A DNA stretch of 64,000 nucleotides from Nemertoderma westbladi. Taxonomy: Eukaryota; Animalia; Xenacoelomorpha. Every line of letters begins with the position of its first letter. Position 1 is the stretch's first letter. The position numbers and the translations under genes were made by a program. Shown piece by piece: positions 38,184 to 50,216 of this stretch. The stretch is from positions 1 to 64,000 of the forward strand of contig JAUCBJ010007689.1 in the NCBI GenBank assembly GCA_032718475.1. The letters run 5' to 3'. The notes under the pieces were generated by a model. That model ran no database searches and was not told where the DNA came from. It was given only the letters and a program-made list of their open reading frames with translations.

Positions 38184-40661
38184 AACTGCAGGGTGGATAT
38201 TGATATTATGGACATGGCGCAACGGATGTTGTATCGCAACTGTACCGGGCAGTATCGCGGTAGGCCTACTGATAAAACGTAACTACTACGCATTTGTATG
38301 CTAGGGGTTTATCCCGGCGGGACTAAAAGTATATACACACCTATATACATCGTGTATATTAAAACTAGCATCGACTAGATGAGCACCGGGGTGGCACGGA
38401 TTGTATATTATTAAATATACCTCCGATCAGCTGACCACAGTGCTATCATTCCTGATTAACAGTTTTCAGATACACAAGTTTATACCCAATATTGTTGTTC
38501 AGACTAATATTTAGCCGTTTATAAAATGTAAACACTAATTTAGTTCTGATATGGGTAATTTAATTATCGCATTAGAGCGGTAGCCTATATATTTGTAAAT
38601 TGTATGAGTTAATTATTAACCAGACTATAATAATTCAACACTACTGCGACCAATTTTGTTTCAAAGAGACGAAATACAGTATGCATGTATATATACACAA
38701 TAATACTTAAAAGATAATAAATTTTATTTAAATAGTAAATGAATAGCATTTCTAAATGTCCTGAAGGCTATTAATAATAATGTTCAGTAAATCACCATAT
38801 GTTTCTTCATGAGCCGTTAAAAAATGTCAGGTTTCCAATGTTCGAACGAAATTATTGAAATTTTATATTTGAAGATAATTTTAATGTTTTTTAATTTCTT
38901 CTTATTAATTTTTTTTAATTTCTTCTTATTAAGTGTTTTATAGCGCTTACTTCTATCGTATAACAGTACAGATTCTAATTCGTTTATTGTTTTGGTTAGA
39001 TTCAGCCCTTCTTTAACCTGTGTTTTTAGGGAAAATGTCGTATTCACCACATGAATACCCACCAGTGAAATAATACAGCAAAATTTCTGGTATACTTTAA
39101 ATGGGCTTTATATAACTAACTACCTATTATATTAAATCAATGTAAAAAGCCGCAATTACAGGTTAATTTCACCATCTTTCAAAAAATAATGCTGATAAAA
39201 ACTTGTACTTAACAGTATGGAAAGTAAAACAATCTTTTTGATTATTTTTGATTAGCTACATATCACCAATGGTCACTAATATCACTAATATACTTATCAC
39301 TATACAGTAGGTGTTTATCTTTACATGGAATTATCCCCCGAAATGAAATAATAATTAATTAATAAACTTAAAAGTAATAAAACACTACTATATTACCTCG
39401 CGAATTTATAATGATTAGCAATACGTCGTTATATTGTTTAAAAGAAAATATATTTCAAAGATTTTCAAATTCTATTTTAATGACTAGAAAATGTTCAAGT
39501 GGACGATAAATAATAATACGGCTTATAAGTCATTAGATTAGGATCGCAATCATTTTGAACTCGGGTGGGATTAAGTTCATGCGTAGTGGTAGTAGTAAGA
39601 GATATTATTACCTAATTTAGTATTGACCACAAGGATGTTCTTATTCGAATGTTTTATGAATAATGTTGGCATTGGCAACATATGGTGGTCTTATTAAAGT
39701 AAGTTTACGATACTGTAATGTAAAGAAGTAATGAGGATATGATATGCACATTGTATGTGAGTGCTATCGATATGTTTATCACTTAAATTGCAGGTCGCAG
39801 GTTATTCGCTATATTTTATGCAGATTAATTATTTACTTATAATATAACTGGGGGGCTAACATTCTCTAGCTCCCATGAACGTTGCTACATTATTTTATAC
39901 CATTAAGCGTTTATCACACACATATATCGGCGATGCGATATATACACGTTTTATATATTTGTAATTGTAAATACCTTATGTAAATACATTAATAATACCG
40001 CCTTAAGTAATTAACACAAAAAAAGTATTCATTTAATCTATATAGTCTATTTATAAGCCTACATATATACGACGACAGTTTATTTTAATTTGTCTCAGAT
40101 ATATTTATACAACAAATATATCTTATTAAGAAGACGACATTATTTTAATTTTTATTTTCTATTATAAAGCGGTTATTATATTTTCCTCTGTTTTGCCATA
40201 TGTATCTTTTCTTTTGTTCAGCTGTATTTACTATTATGTTATCTGTAGCCGATACTAAATTATAAAATAATAGACAGCAACTAATCCTCAATGAAGTAAT
40301 ATCAATTTATGATATTTAACAAAGTGCTATTTACCAAAATGACACTTCATTCTGTCATTCCTTAAATTACAATGAAATGTAATCCAAGAGGTTATTAGTG
40401 AGTGATCTGTAGTCAGTATCTGATTGGTTGGATGACAATCGATTGCTACTGATCGCCGCCAGTACTCCCTAGTAATTAATACATAACCTATTACTGTTGT
40501 GTGCTGGTCACGTTATCTAAGTGTAGGGTACTAGGGTACTCACAGAGTTCTGCTACCTACTAATCTTAGATTTGGAGATCTGTTGAAGACACCAAATATA
40601 CAAATTAGTAATAATTTATTATTGGTGTTATCGTTATGGGTGAATGAGCGGTTTCAAGTTA

Positions 40662-40783
40662 TTATAATTTTTTGTTGGGCACAGCTTTTGCAAAGTCGGC
40701 AATGACGTCCAGGTGAGATCGAACTGGTGACCTCCGGGTTGGAAGTCTGCGGTCTAACCATTCAGCTAGCGGCTCAGGTAAAA
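40662..40783 (-). mobile_element. tRNA-derived SINE-like head, left arm of an inverted pair
   Basis: Reverse complement of 40944-41067, with A box TAGCTGAATGG and B box GTTCGATCT. Confidence 0.7.
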
Positions 40784-40943
40784 GTTAATTGTAGCGATTG
40801 GTTAAGACCTAAAGACGGCCATGTACTGTAGGGTTGAGCACAGTGGCAGCAAATGATGGTAGTGACAGCTAGACTAGATGGCAGTGTCATGAAGAGGTAA
40901 ATTACGGACATACAAGGTATCAGATAGTATTTCCAGGTGTATA

Positions 40944-41067
40944 TTTTACCTGAGCCGCTAGCTGAATGGTTAGAGCGTCAGACTTCCAACCCGGGGGTCA
41001 TCAGTTCGATCCCACCTGGACGTCATTGCCGACTTTACAAAAGCTGTGCCCAACAAATATGTTATAA
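40944..41067 (+). mobile_element. tRNA-derived SINE-like head, right arm of an inverted pair
   Basis: GAGCCGCTAGCTGAATGGTTAGAGCG...GGTCATCAGTTCGATCCC has pol III A and B boxes at tRNA spacing, but the acceptor and T stems do not pair. Confidence 0.7.
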
Positions 41068-41974
41068 CAAAATAGTAAGGCATCATGGTCTAAATTAAAT
41101 AATCTATTAAAGTTAACTTGACAACTTCTCTAAAGTAAAGACTTTTACACAGTTTTACATAGCATGCAAGACCTTAAACCAGCAGAGTTAATAGAGTTTC
41201 TAATAAAACTAAAAGTATTTATCTATTAACTTGGGTAAGTGTAGCATTAGAGATACCTAACAGCGAGGGGTTGCTCACTTTTTGTCAATCATTAATCTCA
41301 TATATCTGCGATGCTCGCAATTTTTTGCTATTCAATAAATTATATAAACCGAGGCGAGGCGCTTTAGTTCGAATCGCAAGCTTAATTCCTTACCAGCTGC
41401 AGCTGTCGCGATCAATGGCTTTTCTTCCCGTCGGAAATCTGAAATTAATTACCAGCCCATTCCAATACATTTTAATACCCTCCCCCCATCCACATCCATT
41501 ATTCAATGCGCCTCTCAAGTTGGCTTGGTCGCAGAAAATATAATTGTTTTTCTGATAAGAACTTAATGTTTTTCATGACTGCGATGCGATGTGAGGATCA
41601 GGGGAGCTCTTTGTCATTCATTGCCATTCATTCAACGAACCTCGGCACCGAGTCGTGCATGAATCGCTCCAGTACGTTGGTGCTCGAGGCTGAACAGGAT
41701 GAGAAGAAGTCGTTAGACACACATGTTAGGATAGAAGTGACAGCTCGTTGCTGCAACTTCTGTTTTGCGTCCTCGTACGATAGAGTTTTAGCAACACAAA
41801 CTTCCAGACTTCTTTGCTACGCTTCGTAGCTACCTACCTGCGAAGTCCACCAACAGTGATGGAATGTGTTCGGAAGCCAATATATTTACGTACTGTAAAT
41901 ACAGGGAATCATCACCCACAAGACACAGCAACCTCAGCGTTGAGAGAGGCTCAACCTCTAGTGAACCTTCATTA

Positions 41975-43097
41975 GCAGAACGATGGCCCAACCCCCTTCA
42001 GTGATCCAGTAGAACGATGGCCCAACCCCACTTCAGTGATCCAGTAGAACGATGGCCCAACCCCCTTCAGTGATCCAGTAGAACGATGGTCCAACCCCCT
42101 TCAGTGATCCAGTAGAACGATGGCCCAATCCCCTTCAGTGATCCAGTAGAACGATGGCCCAATCCCCTTCAGTGATCCAGTAGAACGATGGCCCAATCCC
42201 CTTCAGTGATCCAGTAGAACGATGGCCCAACCCCCTTCAGTGATCCAGTAGAACGATGGCCCAACCCCCTTCAGTGATCCAGTAGAACGATGGCCCAACC
42301 CCCTTCAGTGATCCAGTAGAACGATGGCCCAACACCCTTCAGTGATCCAGTAGAACGAAGGCCCAACCCCCTTCAGTGATCCAGTAGAACGATGGCCCAA
42401 CCCCCTTCAGTGATCCAGTAGAACGATGGCCCAACCCTCTTCAGTGATCCAGTAGAACGATGGCCCAACCCCCTTCAGTGATCCAGTAGAACGATGGCCC
42501 AACCCCCTTCAGTGATCCAGTAGAACGATGGCCCAACCCCCTTCAGTGATCCAGTAGAACGATGGCCCAACCCCCTTCAGTGATCCAGTAGAACGATGGC
42601 CCAACCCCCTTCAGTGATCCAGTAGAACGATGGCCCAACCCCCTTCAGTGATCCAGTAGAACGATGGCCCAACCCCTTCAGTGATCCAGTAGAACGATGG
42701 CCCAACCCCTTCAGTGATCCAGTAGAACGATGGCCCAACCCTCTTCAGTGATCCAGTAGAACGATGGCCCAACCCCCTTCAGTGATCCAGTAGAACGATA
42801 GCCCAACCCCCTTCAGTGATCCAGTAGAACGATGGCCCAACCCCCTTCAGTGATCCAGTAGAACGATGGCCCAACCCCTTCAGTGATCCAGTAGAACGAT
42901 GGCCCAATCCCCTTCAGTGATCAAGTAGAACGATGGCCCAACCCCCTTCAGTGATCCAGTAGAACGATGGCCCAACCCCCTTCAGTGATCCAGTAAAACG
43001 ATGGCCCAACCCCCTTCAGTGATCCAGTAGAACGATGGCCCAACCCCCTTCAGTGATCCAGTAGAACGATGGCCCAACCCCCTTCAGTGATCCAGTA
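41975..43097. repeat. 34-bp minisatellite, about 33 near-identical copies
   Basis: Unit AGTAGAACGATGGCCCAACCCCCTTCAGTGATCC, with no spacers. Confidence 0.98.
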
Positions 43098-43107
43098 TAC
43101 ATTTTAT

Positions 43108-43144
43108 TTTTAGGTCCGCGTAGCGAGACCTAGAGTATTCAATC

Positions 43145-43184
<40 letters not shown>

Positions 43185-43262
43185 GGTGGTGTTAATTTCC
43201 AGATAGGTTTTGGTATTAAAGCTTTGTACGGCCCCAGTAGCTCAGTTGGCAGAGCATGGGTG
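43108..43262 (+). mobile_element. HINE-like head (TTAG + hairpin + (GTT)n) followed by a truncated tRNA-like 5' half
   Basis: TAGGTC-CGCGTAGCGA-GACCTA hairpin, (GTT)n at about 43146-43193, then GGCCCCAGTAGCTCAGTTGGCAGAGCA (A box only) at 43230. Confidence 0.5.
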
Positions 43263-43848
43263 AATTATTTTTGTTGTAAGATTGGTAGTTAGCCATTCAA
43301 GAAGAAAGTTCATGCGTTAGTAGACGTGGACCGAACTTGTTATACTAGGTAATTTGCTGTACATTATTATTTAGGTAAACTTGGTGAAGTCAATGAAACA
43401 GCAAGGGAGCGACGCTATACGTACCCACCAGAATCTAAAGCGCGAAGCTGCTTTGAGCAAACGAGTCAAAGATGACGCTGCTATGGATAAACTACGGCAA
43501 GTCAGAATAAACCTGGAAAATCTTTCAATGGTAAGTTTGGTAGGAGAGATGAGGAGATTCTCAACTGTTAAAAGTTATGTCGTGATAAACTTTTTTGTAT
43601 CGCATTTGTATTCCAAACTTTAAGCACCTTATACCTTGCTTATATTAACTTACACTTTAAATGATCAACTTACTGTGTTACATATTGCATTTCTATGTCT
43701 AGGCCCACCAGTTAAACGGTAAAGTAGGCAACCCAAGTAGGCTCCTCTCTCTTGGCTATTACCCATAAGGCTCCAGTGAGCCACACCAATCACGATAACT
43801 TCACTATCTAACCATTTTATTTACCCCCCCCCCCCCCCCTTTTCTTTT

Positions 43849-44254
43849 TTAAAGTGCTAACTTAAAGTGCTAACCAAACCTGCCAAATGAATTCTAAAGC
43901 CATGATTGGTCCAAATTTGCTTTCAGTTTGGCTGTTAGCACTTTAAAGTTTTTGCAAACTCGGACATGTGTATGTGTAAATTGCGATGCGCCCCCTAGCG
44001 TTTCATGTGTGCATCACTATATTGGCTGAATCTTCTGTAGTGCTAACTTTGTGTGTAAATGTTAGCAGTATAACATTTTGATAGTAAAGTTAATATAGTG
44101 CTAACTGCACTGTGTAAATATTAGCAGTATAATATTTTAAAAGTAAATTGAATATACTGTAGTGCTAACCTAGTATGAAAATGATGGCAATCATAATGAA
44201 CTAATTGATTGCTTTTTATGAGACGTAATAATCTCGTCGAGTTAGCACTTTATA
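43849..44254. mobile_element. MITE-like element rich in AGTGCTAAC/GTTAGCACT motifs
   Basis: Ends TTTAAAGTGCTAACT and AGTTAGCACTTTATAA, with many internal copies of the motif in both orientations. Confidence 0.55.
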
Positions 44255-44336
44255 ATTTCTACCATCGCAAAATATTCAACACAAACACACCTTCCAATGG
44301 TTTGTAAATCAGACAGCATAAAGTATAGCAATGCTT

Positions 44337-44877
44337 TGCCGTGCAATATAAAAAGACCGCAAGTCACAAAAAGTCATTTCCAGTAAAACGCAAATTACTG
44401 TTTGCTTTCAGATTGTTGGTTTAATATGTCAGTAAATTACTAATTTTTTATAACCCTACGCAATTTGGGGCGGAAAATTTTTCTACGTGATTACTGTAGT
44501 TTTCACTTTCCATTAATATTTTGACTTCAGGGTAATTATTTGTACTTACGGTATTTTTGCATTATACAACCTGTATGTAAATACATATTTCAAGACACAT
44601 TTCAATAAAACCGTATGTGCGTTTTCTTATTATCTATGCAATGACAAAACACCGCAAGTCTTGTGACTTAGGTTTTTTTGCATAAATTTAAGTGATTTAC
44701 GGTTGTAACATATACTGTACATCTGTTGTGAATTACGGCCTTTCTACATTGCATATCTCGAGAACTAGATTAGATACGGCGTTCTCGATTATAACATTAG
44801 ATAGAGCGCATTTTTTAGACCCAGAAAAAGTGAATTTTGGAAAAATGCGACTTACGGTCTTTTTACATTGCACGGCA
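44337..44877. mobile_element. ~540-bp MITE with ~30-bp TIRs
   Basis: TGCCGTGCAATATAAAAAGACCGCAAGTC and GACTTACGGTCTTTTTACATTGCACGGCA. Confidence 0.8.
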
Positions 44878-46271
44878 TAATAGGACTTTTGATACGCCGC
44901 TGACCATTCTCATTGGCTCGCATATGAAAATATGAAAATTCCTCTTCTCTCCATTCTGCTTTCATCTCCCCATGGAAGTCTTTAGGGATCGATCATCGAT
45001 CTATAGGGATTGTCCACCTCACAACTTAGCAATGGTGCTATCGCTTGGCTGGTTGGCATTGACTGCTGCCACCCATTAAGTGATTGCAACAACACATAAT
45101 TACCTTTACATAATATTTAAAGATAAATCAAATGTCTCTAACGATTAACGAATGTTTCCGCTTGGTTGCAATTATGGATGAGGCATTTCAAAGGATTGGG
45201 TGGACACAGCTAATTGACTTCCTTAGAAAACACTATCCTTCCTCTGTAAACTACAATACCGCCGCCGTTTTAAATCGGTGCACGCCCTAATCATCAATTG
45301 GAGCAGTTGGAGGAAAGGAGATCCGTCCAGGAGCATTTTAATTCATTTTCTTAAATATCTATTATAGATAGGTAGTACAGCATACGTAATACAATCTAGT
45401 AGATAGTACGTACTGTAGGTAGTTACAGCACAATCAGAATAGAAAATACATAATTATAATTAATATAGAATTCATATATAATTAATATAGACAGGACAAA
45501 GACAATATGAAAGAGCATAATGTGGTGAAGTTTAATATATCGTCTAGTTCCTGCGATAAACCCGGAATGTAACTGATATTTAATCTTTCGCTACAAATTT
45601 AACTGAAAAAGTTGCAATTCGAATTAGGATGCCATGAAATTAAATTATTGCACATTCTATTACTTAAATAAGTTAGGTTATTAAGTGAACATTTATTTAA
45701 AGTACGTTTTAAATTTATACCTGTAGTTGACCTACAATCGAAAATACAGGAATTACCTAAAAAACGCACAGATGGCTTATTACAAATGAGAATAATTAAC
45801 ACAAAATTTTACAAACCTAGATTTAATCAGAGAAAAAGGGTGGGAAAATTGATAATATTTTCAACAATAAACATGTGTGTCGTACGAGGTAGACTCCAAA
45901 CAATTCGTAGATTTATATTCCACGAAGTCATTAACCGAATACATTCTTTAGACCAAAAATCCCATAAAGGACTGTCATAAAAGGTAATACAGTATACTGT
46001 AGTACTGTATGTACAGTATATACAGTACGTTGTGGTATATAGAGAGGACTCTCTCTACATTGCAGACTCGCTTACTTGTTCGGACTCGTTATCTGCGGAT
46101 AATTAACTGTCCTGACAGACAATAAAGCGCTAACAAGGCCTATCTGAAATAATGCATGCACATTGCACATTGCCAAAGCGATATATTTTTAGCTGTTAAC
46201 CGTAGTCAGTTTGTTGTGATTGTGCATCATTTTGTTCCTGTAAAATTAAAAATTACCATTTAATTGGAAAA

Positions 46272-47270
46272 ATGTTAAAAGGTAAAGTAGCTATTGTTAC
46301 TGGAGCTTCGCGTGGTATCGGGAAAGGGATTGCGGTACAGCTGGGCGCGGCAGGGGCGACGGTATATGTAACCGGACGAACATTAAACCCGCGTGATGAT
46401 AAACCTGGAATATCCTTAGTCGAAGTCGCGCGAGAGATCGAAGACGCAGGGGGTGTGGGAGTGCCGGTGCAATGCGACCACAAGAACGAGGGCGAAATAA
46501 AGGCAGTGTTCGATCGAGTTAGTTCGGAACAAGAGGGACGACTGGACGTTCTCGTTAACAACTGCTACCAGGCAGTCGATGTGCTGGAACAATCTGTCAA
46601 AAATAACTTCTGGGAAATAGATCCGGGTATCTTTGAGGTGACCAACAACGTCGGTCTCAAGGCCCATTACGTCGCTTCTGTTTACGCCGCTCGCATGATG
46701 GTACCGCGGAAACGAGGACTCATATTGAACATCTCGTCTCTAGGAAGCCAAGGTTATGCGTTCACTCCCTCGTACGGGATAGGTAAATGTGCTGTGGATC
46801 GAATGGCCATTGATTGCGGGTTGGAACTGCGACAACACAAAGTTGCATTTGTTGTTCTCAGTCCGGGACCTGTGCTAACGGAAACTTTCACGAAACTTGT
46901 AGCCAACATCCGTCTTCAGTTAGAAACGGACGCGGAACTCGTATCCAAATCCGATTTAGAATTTTACAACCTTTTTAAAGACGGGGAATCATGTCAGTAC
47001 GTCGGACAATGCGTCGCAAATTTGGCCGCCGAACCTAACATTATGAATAAAAGCTGCGGAACCTACCTAACAGCGGAGGTTGGCATAGAGTACGGGTTGA
47101 CGGACTGTAACGGGAGGCGGCCGATCAACCATCGCTCGCTGTCCGGAGCCCTACAGGAGTTGGGCTACACTTGGTTAGCACGTTTAATACCCGGTTTTAT
47201 TCCCATGCCCTGGTGGGCTATTCAGTGGGCTATGTACTCCCATTTCGTGGACAAACAAAAATCAACATGA
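46272..47270 (+). CDS. DHRS1: Dehydrogenase/reductase SDR family member 1-like, 332 aa, single coding exon
   Basis: Rossmann motif TGASRGIG, GATVYVTGR, VQCDH, GRLDVLVNNCY, catalytic Ser (ISS) and YGIGK (YxxxK), and a hydrophobic tail W.ARLIPGFI.MPWW typical of DHRS1. ATTAAA lies ~35 nt after the stop. Confidence 0.95.
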   Translation: MLKGKVAIVTGASRGIGKGIAVQLGAAGATVYVTGRTLNPRDDKPGISLVEVAREIEDAGGVGVPVQCDHKNEGEIKAVFDRVSSEQEGRLDVLVNNCYQAVDVLEQSVKNNFWEIDPGIFEVTNNVGLKAHYVASVYAARMMVPRKRGLILNISSLGSQGYAFTPSYGIGKCAVDRMAIDCGLELRQHKVAFVVLSPGPVLTETFTKLVANIRLQLETDAELVSKSDLEFYNLFKDGESCQYVGQCVANLAAEPNIMNKSCGTYLTAEVGIEYGLTDCNGRRPINHRSLSGALQELGYTWLARLIPGFIPMPWWAIQWAMYSHFVDKQKST

Positions 47271-47684
47271 TCCAGTACCATGTTATACAAATAGTTGATG
47301 ATATTAAAAAGCTAAAATCAACGGTTTGCACTGTTTGAAATTTTTTTTCATAGCATTGTAGTTAGTGAAGGTTATTTAACTTAACAGGTGGTGGTTTAAA
47401 TATTCATAATGTTGTTCTGTGTAATGCATGCAGTAATTTACAGTTTAATTTAAATGCAGTAATTTAAAGATAAGTTTTTAATTCTAGTTGAGAGGGCTTA
47501 AACTACCGGTACTTAACTTCTTTAAAAAAATGTTTCTTCGCGTTTCCACGTTTCTTCCGAAAAGGACCCAGAAAAACTAAACATAACATACTACCTAAAT
47601 AAGGATGATGTTTGAGCTTGACCCATGGAAGATTAGAGCCATTTAATATATTATTTACAGTTGGCGGATCCGCAGATTCCAGTT

Positions 47685-48404
47685 GGGTGCGGGTCGATTC
47701 GCATTCGCCCCTCGACCTATTCGCACCAAGTCTATTTGCCCCAGTAATATAATATACAGTATGTAATATAATAATGAATAGGGTCTATACTATAACTAAC
47801 TATCACTGTTCAAATATTTTTAGCTTATCTAGGTATCATTTTTTATCATTCTAATTCAAAAAATCGAATTATAACACTCGGACTCGATAATATGTAACAT
47901 AATTTACAAATTACAATTACGTGTACTATACAGCGTGACAGCTGTGTAGTATATTGCATACATAGTCTGACAGTAGCCTAGACATGCTAGATAAATATTT
48001 AAAATGTTTTAAATATTTATGAGTAGGCTAGCTACATGCTGACATGTTTATTGTTCAATAAACATATCAGCATGTAGCCAGCAGCCTGCTCATAAATATT
48101 TAAAACAATAAACATGTCAGCATGTCATAAGTCATTTTACATATGCTGTTCTGCAGTTCTGTAATTATGCCCAACAGTTTATTGTTGCTCACATCAACTC
48201 ACAATTGAATCATCAAATCCCTTGATCGTCATGCGGATGGGTTTTTCTAATAGTTTTGTACAAGCCATAAGCTGACAAGAATTAGTACCATATTAGTCCG
48301 ACTCAGAACATATTAAATAATTTATAATTATATGTGGCGAATTGACTGCCATATGTTCCTAAAATCTGGGGCGAATAGGTCGAGGGGCGAATAGACTCGC
48401 ACCC
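47685..48404. mobile_element. 720-bp MITE with internal palindrome
   Basis: TIRs GGGTGCG...ATTCGCCCCTCGACCTATTCGC and GCGAATAGGTCGAGGGGCGAAT...CGCACCC; an internal hairpin spans about 48005-48108. Confidence 0.8.
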
Positions 48405-49912
48405 TTAAACTACCGGTACTTAAACTTGTTTAAAAAACCCAAAGGACCCAGAAAAACTAAACATAACATACTACCTAAATAAAGATGATGTGACCCATGG
48501 AAGATTAGAGCCATTTAATATATTATTTACAGTTGGCGGATCCGCGGATTCCACTTACGCGGTAAGGAGATGCTAGCGATCATCCTTGGCAAACATTGAC
48601 CAGTTTTATTCAAACATTAGTAAAAGTAATGAAGGTAGTGTTTTATTTAACATGCACTAAATCAGTATTCCTGATACAGCACTCCAGGCAGAATTATTTT
48701 GTAGGAGATGGACGGCTTGTCTTTTGTGAAGTTTATGCGGAAGCACACTTTCAGTTTTAACACAAAGCTGTCAATGTGATAATCTCATTATATCTGACTG
48801 GAATATTTTATGAACAATGTCATCTTAATTATCATTAACACATGCCTCATTGAATTCCTAAGTAACGAGACACAATAGGGAAATCATTGCTAATTTTCAA
48901 TTTTAACCCTTCAAATAATGGATATTTTGTTTTCTTTGAAATTAATTAGCTAAGGTGATTAAATCCTTTGTATTGGATAAATACTGAATATAGTCACGGA
49001 GTGTTAATGTAACGGCCCCTGGACAATTAAAAATGAGTTCGTTGGAAGTAATGCCTCTACTCCTGATAGCCTTGCTCTACTGACACCAAATGTATTGTTG
49101 GCTTGTGTAATTGTTTTGTTTGTGTGTTGTGTCTGTGTGAAGGGGCGAAGTTCGATTTTGTATGTTGATTGGTGGTGTTAAAATATTCTTAGCAATAATT
49201 GCACAACCAGTAGATTTTCCTATAAAAGTTTTCCAATATTTACAAAAAGATAATTAAGATTGGTGTTTGTATTCAATAGTTGTATATGGAGTTTGGTAAT
49301 CTTACGTTTCAATTATTATACCATAAAGAATAATATTATGCATAAACTGTCTGCGAGTCTGTCTGTCCAAGCTTGTTAAATCGACAAACGAGTACCAATT
49401 GGAGCTAATGATACATCTATCGAAGGCTCTCGTCCTCATCATGAGCACGTGAAACACCGCTACCTCAAGTCTAATTATATGTGTTGTGTGAATACGTATT
49501 TTGTGGTAAAGTTAGTCTATTTTGAGGTTGTTTTGGTCCAACAGATTAACTGGCAGCTGTTGTGGAAACAATGAGTTGCACCATCAAACTCTCTTATTCT
49601 AGATGAAACTTTGCACTTATTTGCAAAAATGTAGGCCTACCATCCGGCCTCGGCCGACTGTTTGCTTGCTTGATAGGTTACACAGGAAGTATATTCCTAT
49701 ACTTACTTAATAGTACTTATATGACGAAAAATAATTAGTTGATAAAAAAAGTATATAAACGAACCATTTACACTTAGCACAGATAATTTTGTTTTGAATC
49801 CATTTTTCGCCTTATATATCAAGTCGTTTCCTTATTATCACATGCATCAGAGAAACCTGGCAAATTTCATTGGTGCCTTAGCCCACAGATATAAAGTACT
49901 AGTCCTATTAGT

Positions 49913-50216
49913 GGGTTGTTGTTGTTGTTGTTGGTGTTTGTCTTGTTGTTAGTGTTGTTGTTGGTGTTGTTGTTATTGTTGGTGTTGTTGTTGGTGGTGT
50001 TGTTGTTGGTGTTGTTGTTATTGTTGGTGGTGTTGTTGTTGTTGGTGTTGTTGTTGGTGTTGTTGTGGGTGTTGTTGTTGGTGTAGATGTTGGCGATGTT
50101 GCTGGTGTTGTTGTTGGTGTGGTTGTTGTGGGTGTTGTTGTTGGTGTTGTTCTTGGTGTTGGTGTTGTTCTTGGTGTTGGTGTTGTTGTCGGTGTTGGTG
50201 TTGTTGTTGGTGTTGT
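49913..50216. repeat. Degenerate (GTT/GGT)n microsatellite
   Basis: Directly visible. It is preceded by TTAGCCCAC...GTGGG, a HINE-like head hairpin. Confidence 0.95.

Noticed and set aside
19692-38304. Dozens of short ORFs (MYRLVYWFGII..., CVGCTGWSTGS...) and a CRISPR-like palindromic repeat
   Set aside because: The ORFs are translations of the satellite with constant frameshifts and stops. The repeats abut with no unique spacers, there are no cas genes, and the context is eukaryotic.
40944-41025. Possible tRNA gene (also 40700-40780 minus and 43230-43260)
   Set aside because: A and B boxes are present, but acceptor, anticodon and T stems do not pair; the 43230 copy has only the 5' half.
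41506-41829. 107-aa ORF upstream of the 34-bp array
   Set aside because: No recognisable motif; surrounded by stops in all frames.
41975-43097. 34-bp repeat of CRISPR-repeat length
   Set aside because: It is a pure tandem array with no spacers.
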